DNA from: a virus
Taxonomy: Duplodnaviria; Caudoviricetes
IMG/VR virus record: IMGVR_UViG_3300032225_002310
Location: 18,326-82,325 of that record
Direction: 5' to 3' (one strand)
Length of the DNA: 64,000 nt
The notes beneath the pieces are model-generated. The model had not been told where the DNA came from, did no database searches, and worked only from the letters and a program-made list of their open reading frames with translations. The position numbers and the translations under genes are program-made. Of this stretch, positions 36,746 to 47,040 are shown piece after piece (the stretch's first letter is position 1; each line of letters starts with the position of its first letter).

Positions 36746-37570
36746 ATGAGTCCTAAAATTAAATCAGAAGAAAATACAATTTCAATTGGTAGTTCAGAGC
36801 TATTCAATGTTGTTAATAAAGGATTGGATGTTAACATTGAAAATGCTGCAACCCCAACATCTCAAGTTACTCCTCCAAAACTGGTAACTAGAAATCAGTA
36901 TGGTCTTATCGAAGATCAGACCTTAAATTATATATTTAATGATGATGGAACTATTAACTGGCGTAAAATGGTTAAAGTTGAACATCTTGTTCCTAATAGA
37001 CAAAAAACTCAAGAAACAGATGTTTCAAAACTTCAAGATAAAGATCTTCTTATACTTTTAGGTGGAATCAAAGAGCTAGCTCAAATTAGGGGTTATACTA
37101 GCGTTGAATACAAAGTAGTTGCAGCTTCTGAAAATTACTTCGCAACAAGCTGCAGAATTACTTGGCTACCAAATTATGAAACTGGTGGAAAAGAAGTGAT
37201 TTTTGAATCTCTTGCTGATGCCACTTTAAATAATACAAAGAGTTTCGCCAGATTCTTCTTGGCTGCGATTGCTGAGAATAGAGCATTTGTTCGCTGTGTG
37301 CGTAATTTCTTAAAGATTAATATTGTTTCTCAAGAAGAGCTTGGGGATGCTAAACTTCTTGATGATTCTTCATCTGTAAATGAAAACCCAACATCTCCTC
37401 AATCATTACTTGAAAAAGTTATGAAAGAAAAGAATATTAATTTTGAAACTCTGAAGAAAAGATTAGTCAAAGATAAATTCGATAACGCAGAAAATTTAAA
37501 CTCTATCTCAGATATACCCAAAGTTAAGTTGTTTGAATTAATAGATCGAATTAAAAAAATTAAAGATTAA
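36746..37570 (+). CDS. Putative single-strand annealing protein (Rad52/Redbeta/ERF superfamily-like)
   Basis: LLGGIKELAQIRG..beta strands..AIAENRAFVRCVRNFLKINIVSQEEL; small helical C-domain. Confidence 0.55.
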   Translation: MSPKIKSEENTISIGSSELFNVVNKGLDVNIENAATPTSQVTPPKLVTRNQYGLIEDQTLNYIFNDDGTINWRKMVKVEHLVPNRQKTQETDVSKLQDKDLLILLGGIKELAQIRGYTSVEYKVVAASENYFATSCRITWLPNYETGGKEVIFESLADATLNNTKSFARFFLAAIAENRAFVRCVRNFLKINIVSQEELGDAKLLDDSSSVNENPTSPQSLLEKVMKEKNINFETLKKRLVKDKFDNAENLNSISDIPKVKLFELIDRIKKIKD

Positions 37571-37863
37571 TAATCTTTATATTTTACTAATTGGTTTCTA
37601 ACAAAGTAAAGATTAATAAAAAATCCACAAAAAGCACTTAATAAGTTACTAAAATAAGAGTAACTTAACAGATCAAGGGGATTAATAAAAAAACTAATAC
37701 CCAAAGATATCCAAAAACTAGAACATTCATGACAAAGTAAAGGTTTATGAATATATGGTATCTTAGCTAGAAAATTTCTAAAAGGTCTAGCAATTTCAGT
37801 ATCACTCCAAGCATAAGTTACCCCCAAGCAAACAAACAAATATGCTAAGAATTGATAAAACAT
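37567..37863 (-). CDS. Small membrane protein, DUF1360-like
   Basis: Hydrophobic helices with LLCHECSSFW (CxxCxxxW). Confidence 0.55.
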   Translation of the reverse strand: MFYQFLAYLFVCLGVTYAWSDTEIARPFRNFLAKIPYIHKPLLCHECSSFWISLGISFFINPLDLLSYSYFSNLLSAFCGFFINLYFVRNQLVKYKDY

Positions 37864-38337
37864 TTAAATAAAATAAACAACTAATTTATCTTCTTTTTCT
37901 ACAACGGAAAATGATTTAAAATTGATTTTTTCTTCATTTAGTTTTTTAGCAAGATTTTTCCAATCTTCTTCTGTTTTGCCAATTTCAAATATTCTTCCAC
38001 CGCTATTTCTGAACATGTTTTGTTGTATCATTTGCATATGGTTCTCCATTGGATTATTTGGTATTTGTGTTTTTTTAATTTCTTCTGTTTTTTCTTGTGT
38101 TAATTTCTTAATCTCTTCATTATTGATGAGATTATTAAAGTAATCTTCTTCAGTAGCAATTTTTCCTTGAAGATGAGCTTTTACTCTACCCTTACAAGAG
38201 CAATTTGGATTATTTCTAGAACTAGTAAGATCAGCCAAAATTTCTGGAAACTTATCTTTAAGTGAATCAAAGAATGTATCATTCTTCATAAAAGTATTAA
38301 AAAACACTGGTGAATTTAGAAGCTCTTGAAATGTCAT
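37864..38337 (-). CDS. Hypothetical protein
   Basis: 157-aa ORF with NPNCSC motif. Confidence 0.75.
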   Translation of the reverse strand: MTFQELLNSPVFFNTFMKNDTFFDSLKDKFPEILADLTSSRNNPNCSCKGRVKAHLQGKIATEEDYFNNLINNEEIKKLTQEKTEEIKKTQIPNNPMENHMQMIQQNMFRNSGGRIFEIGKTEEDWKNLAKKLNEEKINFKSFSVVEKEDKLVVYFI

Positions 38338-38379
38338 ATTTATTATATTATAGTATACATATTATAGAAAATCTAAAAA

Positions 38380-39183
38380 TTATGGTTGAAGATAAGATAC
38401 TCTGTTCTGATTAAACGTTGCTTCACGATCACTACTAAGTGAAGAGTTAATATTAGCGGTTGTATATACGAAATTAAATGTTGCTAAATTTGAATTAGAT
38501 TGATACTTTTTTATTGATATATACTCACTACTAGGAGCAATATAACCTGAACTTGGCAGACTCGAAGCATTTGAATGCGTATATATAGTATTACTTGCGC
38601 TAAAATCAAGATTTACTTCTTGTTTTATTGGGTATTGAATATATACAGTATCTGGTAAATAATTACCAATAGTATAATTAGGAATACGATTTACATCAAT
38701 ATTAATTCTAAATGATTCAAATCTATTCGTAGCAGCAATTGCGATATTTGTATCTATAAAACATGGATCTCCAACATTAAATGTATTTAAATTTACTGGT
38801 TTTGGGGTAAAAGATACCGCAGAACCTGGCCAATTAAAAATAACTCCTCTTATATCAACCGTTGGATATTCTCCTAGTTTATAATTTAAAGAATAATTAG
38901 TCAAATATCCATCTGTAAACGTTACATATTTATCATCATATTCAACTTTACCAGAAAATGAATTAATTCCTGTATATTGTAAAAATCTATCACTATCACT
39001 TAATATGTAAGATAAACTAAACTCTGCAACTGGTAAGCCATTTTTTGTATAATTAATTGAATCATTTATAGATATTTGTGGATTTACTTTTAGATCAATT
39101 CCAATATCAAAGCTTTTTACTCCAGATACTAAAGAATCATTTAGATAAAAGTTTTGATTTTCTATAGTATATACATTAAACAT
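38380..39183 (-). CDS. Tail-tube paralog (minor tail/baseplate-proximal tube protein)
   Basis: FSLSYIL, GYLTNYS..GEYPTVDI and FRINIDVNR..IG..IQYP align with 56246..57400. Confidence 0.6.
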   Translation of the reverse strand: MFNVYTIENQNFYLNDSLVSGVKSFDIGIDLKVNPQISINDSINYTKNGLPVAEFSLSYILSDSDRFLQYTGINSFSGKVEYDDKYVTFTDGYLTNYSLNYKLGEYPTVDIRGVIFNWPGSAVSFTPKPVNLNTFNVGDPCFIDTNIAIAATNRFESFRINIDVNRIPNYTIGNYLPDTVYIQYPIKQEVNLDFSASNTIYTHSNASSLPSSGYIAPSSEYISIKKYQSNSNLATFNFVYTTANINSSLSSDREATFNQNRVSYLQP

Positions 39184-39191
39184 TAACTATA

Positions 39192-39214
39192 ATTACACTA
39201 CTTTTAAGTGTAAA
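39192..39214. promoter_or_regulatory. Back-to-back GTGTAAW motifs (divergent promoter pair)
   Basis: GTGTAAT on - (39198-39192, 8 nt before ATG 39183) and GTGTAAA on + (39208-39214, followed by AGGAGG). Confidence 0.7.
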
Positions 39215-39234
39215 ATATAGGAGGTAAAAGGTAT

Positions 39235-39777
39235 ATGGCAAGTATTTACGATACAGTTCCGACTTGGAGCCCAGCGACTACTTATAATAAGTACAACATA
39301 GTACTTGGTAGTGATGCCAAATACTACTATTCAATTATAGACTCAAATTTAAATCAAAACCCAATTACTACCTCCAATCTTCAAGTTGAATGGGATGGAT
39401 ATATTCTTTTAAATGGAGTTTTATATCCTAATTTTTGGTGGAAACCGTCTTATACTTCTAAAGTTTTAAATTCACCAAAAGTTAAAATAAATTCATTTGG
39501 AAATGGATATCAACAAAGAATACAAGATGGATTAAATAATAATTTAATACAATTTTCATTAAATTTTGATAATAGAAGTGAAAATGAAACAGTATCTATT
39601 TTACATTTTCTCAAACAAAGAGCAGCAAATGAAAGTTTTATATATAATCTTCCTACGATATATGCAAAATCTACTTCTAATTTGAATACGAGTTTTATAT
39701 GTTTACAATGGAATGTAGATTTTTCTTCTTATAACAATTACTCTATCGCTATGGATTTTATAGAGGTTCCCAAATAA
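39235..39777 (+). CDS. Lambda gpM-like distal tail protein with N-terminal CBM5/12-like motif
   Basis: FGNGYQQRIQDGLNN..FSLNF..ILHFL; WSPATTYNKYNIV..YYY. Confidence 0.8.
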   Translation: MASIYDTVPTWSPATTYNKYNIVLGSDAKYYYSIIDSNLNQNPITTSNLQVEWDGYILLNGVLYPNFWWKPSYTSKVLNSPKVKINSFGNGYQQRIQDGLNNNLIQFSLNFDNRSENETVSILHFLKQRAANESFIYNLPTIYAKSTSNLNTSFICLQWNVDFSSYNNYSIAMDFIEVPK

Positions 39778-39778
39778 T

Positions 39779-41158
39779 ATGGCGACATCTTCTGAAGTTT
39801 ATAATTTAATTGTAAGTGGAAACCAATCTTTAAACACAGAAATATCCTCTTTAACTCCATCAACTCCAATTTTTTTCTATGAAATAGATCTTAATGAAAT
39901 TCTTCCTCAATTTAAAGCTTCTGATCAATTTTCCAATGGAGAGCAACCAGTATATAATGGAATACTTAGAGTATATAATGATTATAATTTATATAAAGTA
40001 TCAACTAGCGGTCCATTTAAATATGGATGTATAAAATGGCAAAATAATTTTTATTATCCATTTCCAATTACAGCAGATGGTTTTGATTATACATCAGCTG
40101 GAACTTTACCTACTCCAAAGTTTCAAATTTCTAATTTATCCCCAGATTATTCTAGCAATTCATTTTATAGATACATAAGAATGCAAATTGAAAGTCTTGG
40201 TGACATCATTGGAGCTAAATTTACCAGAATAAAAACATTTTTAAAATATTTAGATGGAACAAATTTTTCAAATGGGATTAATCCATTTAATAATCAAAAT
40301 GGAATTTATGAGGTACAATTGCCAAATGATATTTATTATATTGATAGAAAAAATTCAGAAAATAAAACTATTGTAGAGTATCAATTAGCATCTCTTTTAG
40401 ATTTAGAAAATGTAACCTTACCAGCCAGAACTATTTATGGCTCACATTGTCCGTTTCAGTACAGAGGAGAGGGTTGTTGTTATGAGTATGATTCTAGATT
40501 AACTTCTATACATAGTGGGGTTTATGCTGGAGTTGAAAATCCTGGAATTACAGTAAGAGGATTGCAAACTGCACCACCAGTAGCAACAGAAAATAATCAA
40601 TTATTTGTTAATAATATATTTTCCAGCACAGATACAGCTGGTGCAACAGCAATTTGGAGATTAACTGGAACATCGGGAAATCTTGGGCTTTGGGCAAATT
40701 CATATAATTATGTATCTGGTGATTTTATATATTTACAAAATAAAAATTTAAAATACTATTTTGTATGCACAAATAATCATACTTCTGATATATTTAATTG
40801 TCCACCAAATAAAAATTATTGGACAGCAGATTCATGTACAAAATCAATATATTCATGTAGATTAAGATGGCTTAAAAATCCAGCATTTAGACCTGTTATT
40901 TGGCCAACGGGCAGAAATGGTGAAACTTATATTCAAACAACGAATAGATTTAGAAATCTTTTAACTTCTGTTGAACGTAATAATCTTATATTTAGTGGAG
41001 TTAATGGTGTACCAGTTCATTTTCCTAGAAGACCTGGGTGTGAAAATCCAGTATCAGAACAAGCTCATGGATTACCAAAAGATGCAAGTGGAAATTATTT
41101 AAACGGATTTTTACCATTTGGTGGATTTCCTGGAACAAATCAACCTGCAGGTCAATAA
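39779..41158 (+). CDS. Lambda gpL-like minor tail protein
   Basis: YPFPITADGF..GTLPTP; GAKFTRIKTFLKYLD; CPFQYRGEGC; DSCTKSIYSC; LPFGGFPG. Confidence 0.9.
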   Translation: MATSSEVYNLIVSGNQSLNTEISSLTPSTPIFFYEIDLNEILPQFKASDQFSNGEQPVYNGILRVYNDYNLYKVSTSGPFKYGCIKWQNNFYYPFPITADGFDYTSAGTLPTPKFQISNLSPDYSSNSFYRYIRMQIESLGDIIGAKFTRIKTFLKYLDGTNFSNGINPFNNQNGIYEVQLPNDIYYIDRKNSENKTIVEYQLASLLDLENVTLPARTIYGSHCPFQYRGEGCCYEYDSRLTSIHSGVYAGVENPGITVRGLQTAPPVATENNQLFVNNIFSSTDTAGATAIWRLTGTSGNLGLWANSYNYVSGDFIYLQNKNLKYYFVCTNNHTSDIFNCPPNKNYWTADSCTKSIYSCRLRWLKNPAFRPVIWPTGRNGETYIQTTNRFRNLLTSVERNNLIFSGVNGVPVHFPRRPGCENPVSEQAHGLPKDASGNYLNGFLPFGGFPGTNQPAGQ

Positions 41159-41159
41159 T

Positions 41160-41603
41160 ATGATAAACGAAAAAATTAAAAATTATATTAAAAAGCATGC
41201 TGAACAAGAAGAACCAAATGAAGCCTGTGGATTTATAGTTTTAGAAAATAATGAATTCAAATGTATAAAATGTAAAAATATATCAAATACGCCAAATTTA
41301 ACTTTTGAAATTTCTTGTAAAGAATATTTAAATATAAAAAATTTTTATAAAAAAATTTACTATATATATCATACTCATCCATTAAATTCAAATTGCTTTG
41401 ATTTTTCAAATCAAGACAAATATTGCTCAGAGTCATTAGCTATACCAATAATACTTTATACTCCAAAAAATGATAAAATTAAAATATATCAAGAATCTGA
41501 ATTAAATTTAGATGATTATAAAATAACTAATCAATCAATTTTTGGTTTCTCGAGAATTGAAAATTATTGTAATTCCTATAAAGGAAATCCAAAATATATA
41601 TAG
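41160..41603 (+). CDS. Lambda gpK-like JAB/MPN protein, no NlpC/P60 domain
   Basis: PNEACG; YHTHP; FSNQD. Start moved to ATG 41160. Confidence 0.8.
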   Translation: MINEKIKNYIKKHAEQEEPNEACGFIVLENNEFKCIKCKNISNTPNLTFEISCKEYLNIKNFYKKIYYIYHTHPLNSNCFDFSNQDKYCSESLAIPIILYTPKNDKIKIYQESELNLDDYKITNQSIFGFSRIENYCNSYKGNPKYI

Positions 41604-41611
41604 AGGCAACA

Positions 41612-42403
41612 ATGATAACAATAAATCTACATGGTAAATTAGGTAAGGATTTAGGAGAATCTTGGGAATTTGAAGTTTCTAGCGTAGCAGAAGCGATAAG
41701 AGCAATTGATGTGAATAGTAAAAAATTTAGACATTGGATATTAAATCATATAGAAAAATACGAATACATAGTATTAATAAATGGAAATAATTTACTTACA
41801 GAATCAAAAGAATTTAAAAACGTAGAGGAATTAAAAAATTCTGAATTTTACTTAGATTTATCTAACAAGATAGAAAGGATAGATATTGTTCCAAAAATTA
41901 TTGGACATAGTTTTATTGATGATCTCTTTAATAATCCATATGTTCAAGTTGGAGTTGGAGCTGCAGCAGCAGCTGGTGGAATATTTTTAGCAATAGCAGC
42001 GCCACCATTAGCTCCACTTGGAATTGGTATAGCTTTAGCAGGCATAGGTTTAATTGCTAATGGAGTTAGTCAATTATTATCTAAACCACCACCAAATGTA
42101 CCATATACAGCTCAACAAGTTAATCCAATAGATGGTTTGGGAGAAGCGGGTGGACCAACTTCATATTTATTTAATGGACCAGTTAATACCGTCGGAGAAG
42201 GAGGACCTGTGCCAATTGGTTATGGAGAATTAGTTATAGGTGGAAACAATGTTTTCACTAATTACGATTATCTTTATAGAGCATATACTTCTGATTATAA
42301 TAGCGTTTCTTATCAACAAGTACGCGAAGGAAGTAATCAATATTTATTTAATTCTGCATGTTATTTATCAAATCAACAACCCCTTCAATCTTCGCCATTT
42401 TAA
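41612..42403 (+). CDS. Lambda gpI-like tail assembly protein
   Basis: INLHGKLG..VSSVAEAIRAI; hydrophobic Gly/Ala tract; YLFNGPVNTVGEGGPVPIGYG. Confidence 0.85.
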   Translation: MITINLHGKLGKDLGESWEFEVSSVAEAIRAIDVNSKKFRHWILNHIEKYEYIVLINGNNLLTESKEFKNVEELKNSEFYLDLSNKIERIDIVPKIIGHSFIDDLFNNPYVQVGVGAAAAAGGIFLAIAAPPLAPLGIGIALAGIGLIANGVSQLLSKPPPNVPYTAQQVNPIDGLGEAGGPTSYLFNGPVNTVGEGGPVPIGYGELVIGGNNVFTNYDYLYRAYTSDYNSVSYQQVREGSNQYLFNSACYLSNQQPLQSSPF

Positions 42404-42406
42404 TTT

Positions 42407-45400
42407 ATGGGAAATCCAAATAAATATTCAGATGGGTTAAGTTATTTGCTTTTTCCAGCTAATATTTCGAATGGAACTTGTGGATATAATTTTCCAGAAA
42501 GCACAGCTCAAGATATTGCTGGTTCTATTTCTTTAAGTTTTAGCGGAAGTCAACTTCCATATGGTGGGAGTACTTCGAATACATATAAAGGATTTTATAG
42601 AGGTCCAAGTGGTTTTGCTGCTAGATATACACCAATGGTAGTTATGACTGCTGGAGCTTTTCAAAATTTTAACAGTCAAGTAATCACCGCAGATACTTTT
42701 GGCGCACCAGATTTAAGATCTATATTTGGAGTATATGATAATTCTGTCACTGAAGCAAGTACTAGTCAAAGATTTAGAAATGGTAGAGCTTATAATTCAA
42801 TAGGACAAGTTGAAATTTTAGATTTAATATCTGAAGGACCAATTGAAGGTTTTGTTACTGGCACATATACTTACAGTTTAAGTGGAAAAACTACTGGAGA
42901 TATTGGATATGCAAGCGCTAAATTTCAACAATATTCAACTAATTATAGTTATAGCAAGCCAGAAACAAGATCTATTTATTGGAGTGATGTGCCCATAACA
43001 GATTTTGAAGGTTTTTATAATTTTCAATTTGTAGATTATAAATATACATATGGTCAAAAAACTAATGATCATACAGTTTATAATCCATATTTAAATCTTT
43101 ATGAATTTAGAACAAATTATTTTGGAAAACAAGTAGATCAAAATCAAATACCATTACAAACAAGTATTACAAAATATTATGGAGATAATTTATATGGACT
43201 TTATATAATCAGTGGCGCAAATAAAATTGTAACTCCTAAAACATATTATATATACAATATTAACGTTTCCAGTATAAAAGTTGCAATTGAAGTAGATGCT
43301 TTATATGAAGCTATAGTTACTGGAATATCTCAAGGAGATGTTGAAAAGCAAAATTTAGATTTAAAATTTTCTATTTATAGAATATTAGATAATGGCAGTT
43401 TAGTATCTTTAGATACATCTAAATATAATCCATATATTTCAGATTATTTCTCTAGGGATATTATAAGTGCAGAAGGTAAAATACAAAGTTCGCCAGTAGT
43501 TATAACTTATCATTTTAATTTAAGACCTTTCTCTGAAAACACACCAAATTTTCCACTTTTTCAAAATCAAATAGGATGGGCTATAGATGTAACAAAAATT
43601 ACATTAGAAAATACAAGTAGTACTTTAGTATCAAAAACAAAAGTTGGAAGCATAACAGAAGTTTATTCTGATAGATTTACTTATCCAGATGCTGCTTTAG
43701 TTTATTCAAAATTTGACGCAAGATATTTTAGTGATATTCCCAGCAGATCTTATAAAGTTAGATTATTAAAAGTAAAAATTCCAGTTAATTATGATCCAAT
43801 ATCAAAAACATATAATGGACCGTGGAATGGTAAATTTAAAATAGCATGGACAGATAATCCAGCTTGGTGTTTTTATGATATTTTAAGTAATAATAGATAT
43901 GGTCTGGGCAAATACATAAATGCAGAACTTACTGATAAATGGACTTTATATGAAATAGCTCAATATTGCGATCAATTAGTTTCAGATGGATTTGGAGGAC
44001 TTGAACCTAGATTTACATGTAATATATATATTAACACTAAAGAAGAAGCGGCTAAAGTTCTTAGTGATATGGCAAGCGTATTTTTAGCTATAATATATTA
44101 TTCATCTGGATTAATTTCTTTGTCTCAAGATTCTTTAAAAAATCCAATATATTTATTTAATAATAGCAATGTAATAGATGGAGATTTCAGATATTCAGAT
44201 GCTTCTTTAAAATCTAAAAAAACTATTGCCACAGTTAGATATAATGATAAAAATGATAATTATAAACCTGCTATAGAATACATAGAAGATAGAAATGGAA
44301 TATTAAAATATGGAATTAGAGAAACTGAAATTGTAGCTTTTGGTTGCACTAGTAAAAATCAAGCTAGAAGAGTTGGAAAATGGTTATTAGCAACAGAAAA
44401 TTTAGAAACAGAAATGATTGAATTTAATTTAGGTTTAGAGGGCAATTATATACGTCCAGGAGATATTATATCTGTATACGATCAATATAGAAGAAATCCT
44501 TCTTATGCAGGAAGAACAGTCGAATTAACTACTGGATATGCTATATTAGATTTACCTTATGATTATATAAATACATATGCTATAACTGGAGTAAATGTTA
44601 ATAATTCAATTAAATTTAACGTAATAACTCCAACTTATAATTTAAATTTTGGAACGCAATTAGGAGATCTTTATGCAACAGGTTTTTCTATTGGATCTTC
44701 TGGAACTACTGGATTGAATAGTTCATTTATCAGAAAAAGCCAACTCCAATCTATTGACATATATAATCCACAAAATTATTTAACAAGTGGAAGTGGAATA
44801 TATAGTAATAATATAAGAATTAATTTTCCAACAAGTTTGTTAACTAGTGGGTATACCTTATCTCAAAATTCTGCTTGGAATATAGATGTAAATACTTCTA
44901 ATTATTCACAAGCAGGAATGAATACTGAATCTCCCATAAATAATCCAAGTCGTTATAAATATCCTGGATACTATTTAGAATCCTATTTAAATAAACCAAA
45001 AAATTATAGAGTAATAAATGTTAATCAAGCAGAAGATAATAAATTTTCTATAAATGCATTAGAATATAATTCTCAAAAATACGCAGATATTGATAATGCT
45101 GCGATTTTAGTCAATAAACCAATAAGACCAAATACTCCAAATGCCCCAAGTTTATATTTAACTGGAATATTTAGAACTCCAAATTTAGACTTTAATACTG
45201 GTTATTTAAATATGGATGGAACTTTAGGTGGACATTATATAACAAACCAAGGTGGAATTAATAGTGTTATGTATAATATAACACCAGATAAAAACGATGC
45301 TTTAGATAATTTATATTATGTATATGTAAAACCAGATTTTAATTATTTGAATTTAGAAGACGCTCCTCAAATATATTTATATAATGTATTAAATTATCAA

Positions 45401-45607
45401 GGTTTACGCACTGGATTAAGTCAAATTGATTGGCAAAATGGAACTATACCCCCATATTTAACTCCAACTGGTATAGGTAATTATTATTTTAAAATTTTTA
45501 CAGCTAATTCAATTGGAGAACTTTCTTCACCCGCTACTGGAGTTTATAATTTAACAGCACAAGCTTCATCAACTACAGTTCAAGCTTCTGGTAGAAATAT
45601 ATATTAA
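42407..45607 (+). CDS. Lambda gpJ-like central tail tip/host-specificity protein
   Basis: DLISEGPIEG; YPDAAL; WNGKFKIAWTDNPAWCFYD; RYGLG; EPRFTCN; FGCTSKNQARRVGKW. Confidence 0.9.
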   Translation: MGNPNKYSDGLSYLLFPANISNGTCGYNFPESTAQDIAGSISLSFSGSQLPYGGSTSNTYKGFYRGPSGFAARYTPMVVMTAGAFQNFNSQVITADTFGAPDLRSIFGVYDNSVTEASTSQRFRNGRAYNSIGQVEILDLISEGPIEGFVTGTYTYSLSGKTTGDIGYASAKFQQYSTNYSYSKPETRSIYWSDVPITDFEGFYNFQFVDYKYTYGQKTNDHTVYNPYLNLYEFRTNYFGKQVDQNQIPLQTSITKYYGDNLYGLYIISGANKIVTPKTYYIYNINVSSIKVAIEVDALYEAIVTGISQGDVEKQNLDLKFSIYRILDNGSLVSLDTSKYNPYISDYFSRDIISAEGKIQSSPVVITYHFNLRPFSENTPNFPLFQNQIGWAIDVTKITLENTSSTLVSKTKVGSITEVYSDRFTYPDAALVYSKFDARYFSDIPSRSYKVRLLKVKIPVNYDPISKTYNGPWNGKFKIAWTDNPAWCFYDILSNNRYGLGKYINAELTDKWTLYEIAQYCDQLVSDGFGGLEPRFTCNIYINTKEEAAKVLSDMASVFLAIIYYSSGLISLSQDSLKNPIYLFNNSNVIDGDFRYSDASLKSKKTIATVRYNDKNDNYKPAIEYIEDRNGILKYGIRETEIVAFGCTSKNQARRVGKWLLATENLETEMIEFNLGLEGNYIRPGDIISVYDQYRRNPSYAGRTVELTTGYAILDLPYDYINTYAITGVNVNNSIKFNVITPTYNLNFGTQLGDLYATGFSIGSSGTTGLNSSFIRKSQLQSIDIYNPQNYLTSGSGIYSNNIRINFPTSLLTSGYTLSQNSAWNIDVNTSNYSQAGMNTESPINNPSRYKYPGYYLESYLNKPKNYRVINVNQAEDNKFSINALEYNSQKYADIDNAAILVNKPIRPNTPNAPSLYLTGIFRTPNLDFNTGYLNMDGTLGGHYITNQGGINSVMYNITPDKNDALDNLYYVYVKPDFNYLNLEDAPQIYLYNVLNYQGLRTGLSQIDWQNGTIPPYLTPTGIGNYYFKIFTANSIGELSSPATGVYNLTAQASSTTVQASGRNIY

Positions 45608-45611
45608 TTTT

Positions 45612-47039
45612 ATGAAAGTTAAAAATTTAAATATAACCTTGGAATGGAATACAATTAATAATCTTTATAATTTTACAGAACTTGAAATTGAAAGAAAATT
45701 TCCATCTTATGATGTAACAATAAGAAATGAGAATGGAACTGTTTTATTTAAAAAATTAAACTCTAATGAGTATATAAATATGATAGAACGTAGTTTTGAT
45801 GATCACGGTTCAGAGCCTTGCATGAAAACTAAATTAAATGTTGGTATCAGCAAAAGTACTGTAAAAAGTATTTTTAAATATAATTTTTCAGATAACTACT
45901 TAAAATACAAAGAATTAAATAATAAAATAGGATTTTTTAAAAAATTATTATTTTGCGTAGATTATGACAATGATGGAAAAGCAGATTTTGTTGAAGAAGC
46001 TGAATATGCAGAAATTGAAAATTTAAATAAAAATGCTCTTTTTAATAAAATTTATCGTAGTAGTGATTATCTTAGTTTAAAATTAATTATAAATAAACAA
46101 TACTTCAAAGAACAAGAAATCTATTCATTACTTATATTGAGTGAAGTTTCCAATAAATTAATTAAAAATAAAAAGTTAACAAATTTATTTACTGAAAAAG
46201 TAACAGAAAAATGGCTTGACGTTAATGAATCAACAGCTTTATTAACAATACCTTTTATTGAAAGTGATATTGTTGAAATATCTGAAAATTTAAATATCAA
46301 AGTTATTCCACTTAATTACCTTCAATCTGAAATGTATAATTTTCTAAGGCCAAGAGAATCTCAAGAAGATATTAATAATTTATACGAAGAATATTTCGCT
46401 AATCAAACATTTAATATTGGTAAAATATATAAACAATCTGTAAATAATGAAACTGTGGTATTCTATCAAAATTACTTATACTTATTCAATAATCATAGTT
46501 TAAATTCAAATAGCTTAACTTCAAATTTATCAATTAATGATATGGTATTTAATAGTTATTTCCCATTATTAAATAAAGATCAAGCAGATAAGACTATATG
46601 CTTATCTGATGATTTAAATACAGATGATGTGCTTGATAATAATTATAACCTACAAAAGGGATATTTAGGCTTTTATGGCAAAGATTCGACTTCTTATGAG
46701 GATGTAGCTATTGACCTAGATTATCTCCAAAATCAAGGTGTACTTCAAGCCAAAATCACTGAAATCGAAGAAAATAACGATACTTGCAATATTTATATTG
46801 AATATATAACTACTTTTTATAACAATGAAAAGTTCTATATAGAAAGTAGCAATAATCTCAAATATATTGAAAAATATAAGACAAATATTGATAACAAGGA
46901 TTATACTACTTTATTATTTAAATATTCCTATAATCTACAAACTTTAAATGAATTTTTAAACGAAAATCCTTCTATAAACAAATCCCAAATTATATCAGAT
47001 AAAGATTTAATTAATTTTTCTGCTAAACTAATATTATAA
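45612..47039 (+). CDS. Hypothetical protein (last gene of the tail-tip operon)
   Basis: 475-aa ORF, no motif recognised. Confidence 0.75.
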   Translation: MKVKNLNITLEWNTINNLYNFTELEIERKFPSYDVTIRNENGTVLFKKLNSNEYINMIERSFDDHGSEPCMKTKLNVGISKSTVKSIFKYNFSDNYLKYKELNNKIGFFKKLLFCVDYDNDGKADFVEEAEYAEIENLNKNALFNKIYRSSDYLSLKLIINKQYFKEQEIYSLLILSEVSNKLIKNKKLTNLFTEKVTEKWLDVNESTALLTIPFIESDIVEISENLNIKVIPLNYLQSEMYNFLRPRESQEDINNLYEEYFANQTFNIGKIYKQSVNNETVVFYQNYLYLFNNHSLNSNSLTSNLSINDMVFNSYFPLLNKDQADKTICLSDDLNTDDVLDNNYNLQKGYLGFYGKDSTSYEDVAIDLDYLQNQGVLQAKITEIEENNDTCNIYIEYITTFYNNEKFYIESSNNLKYIEKYKTNIDNKDYTTLLFKYSYNLQTLNEFLNENPSINKSQIISDKDLINFSAKLIL

Positions 47040-47040
47040 A

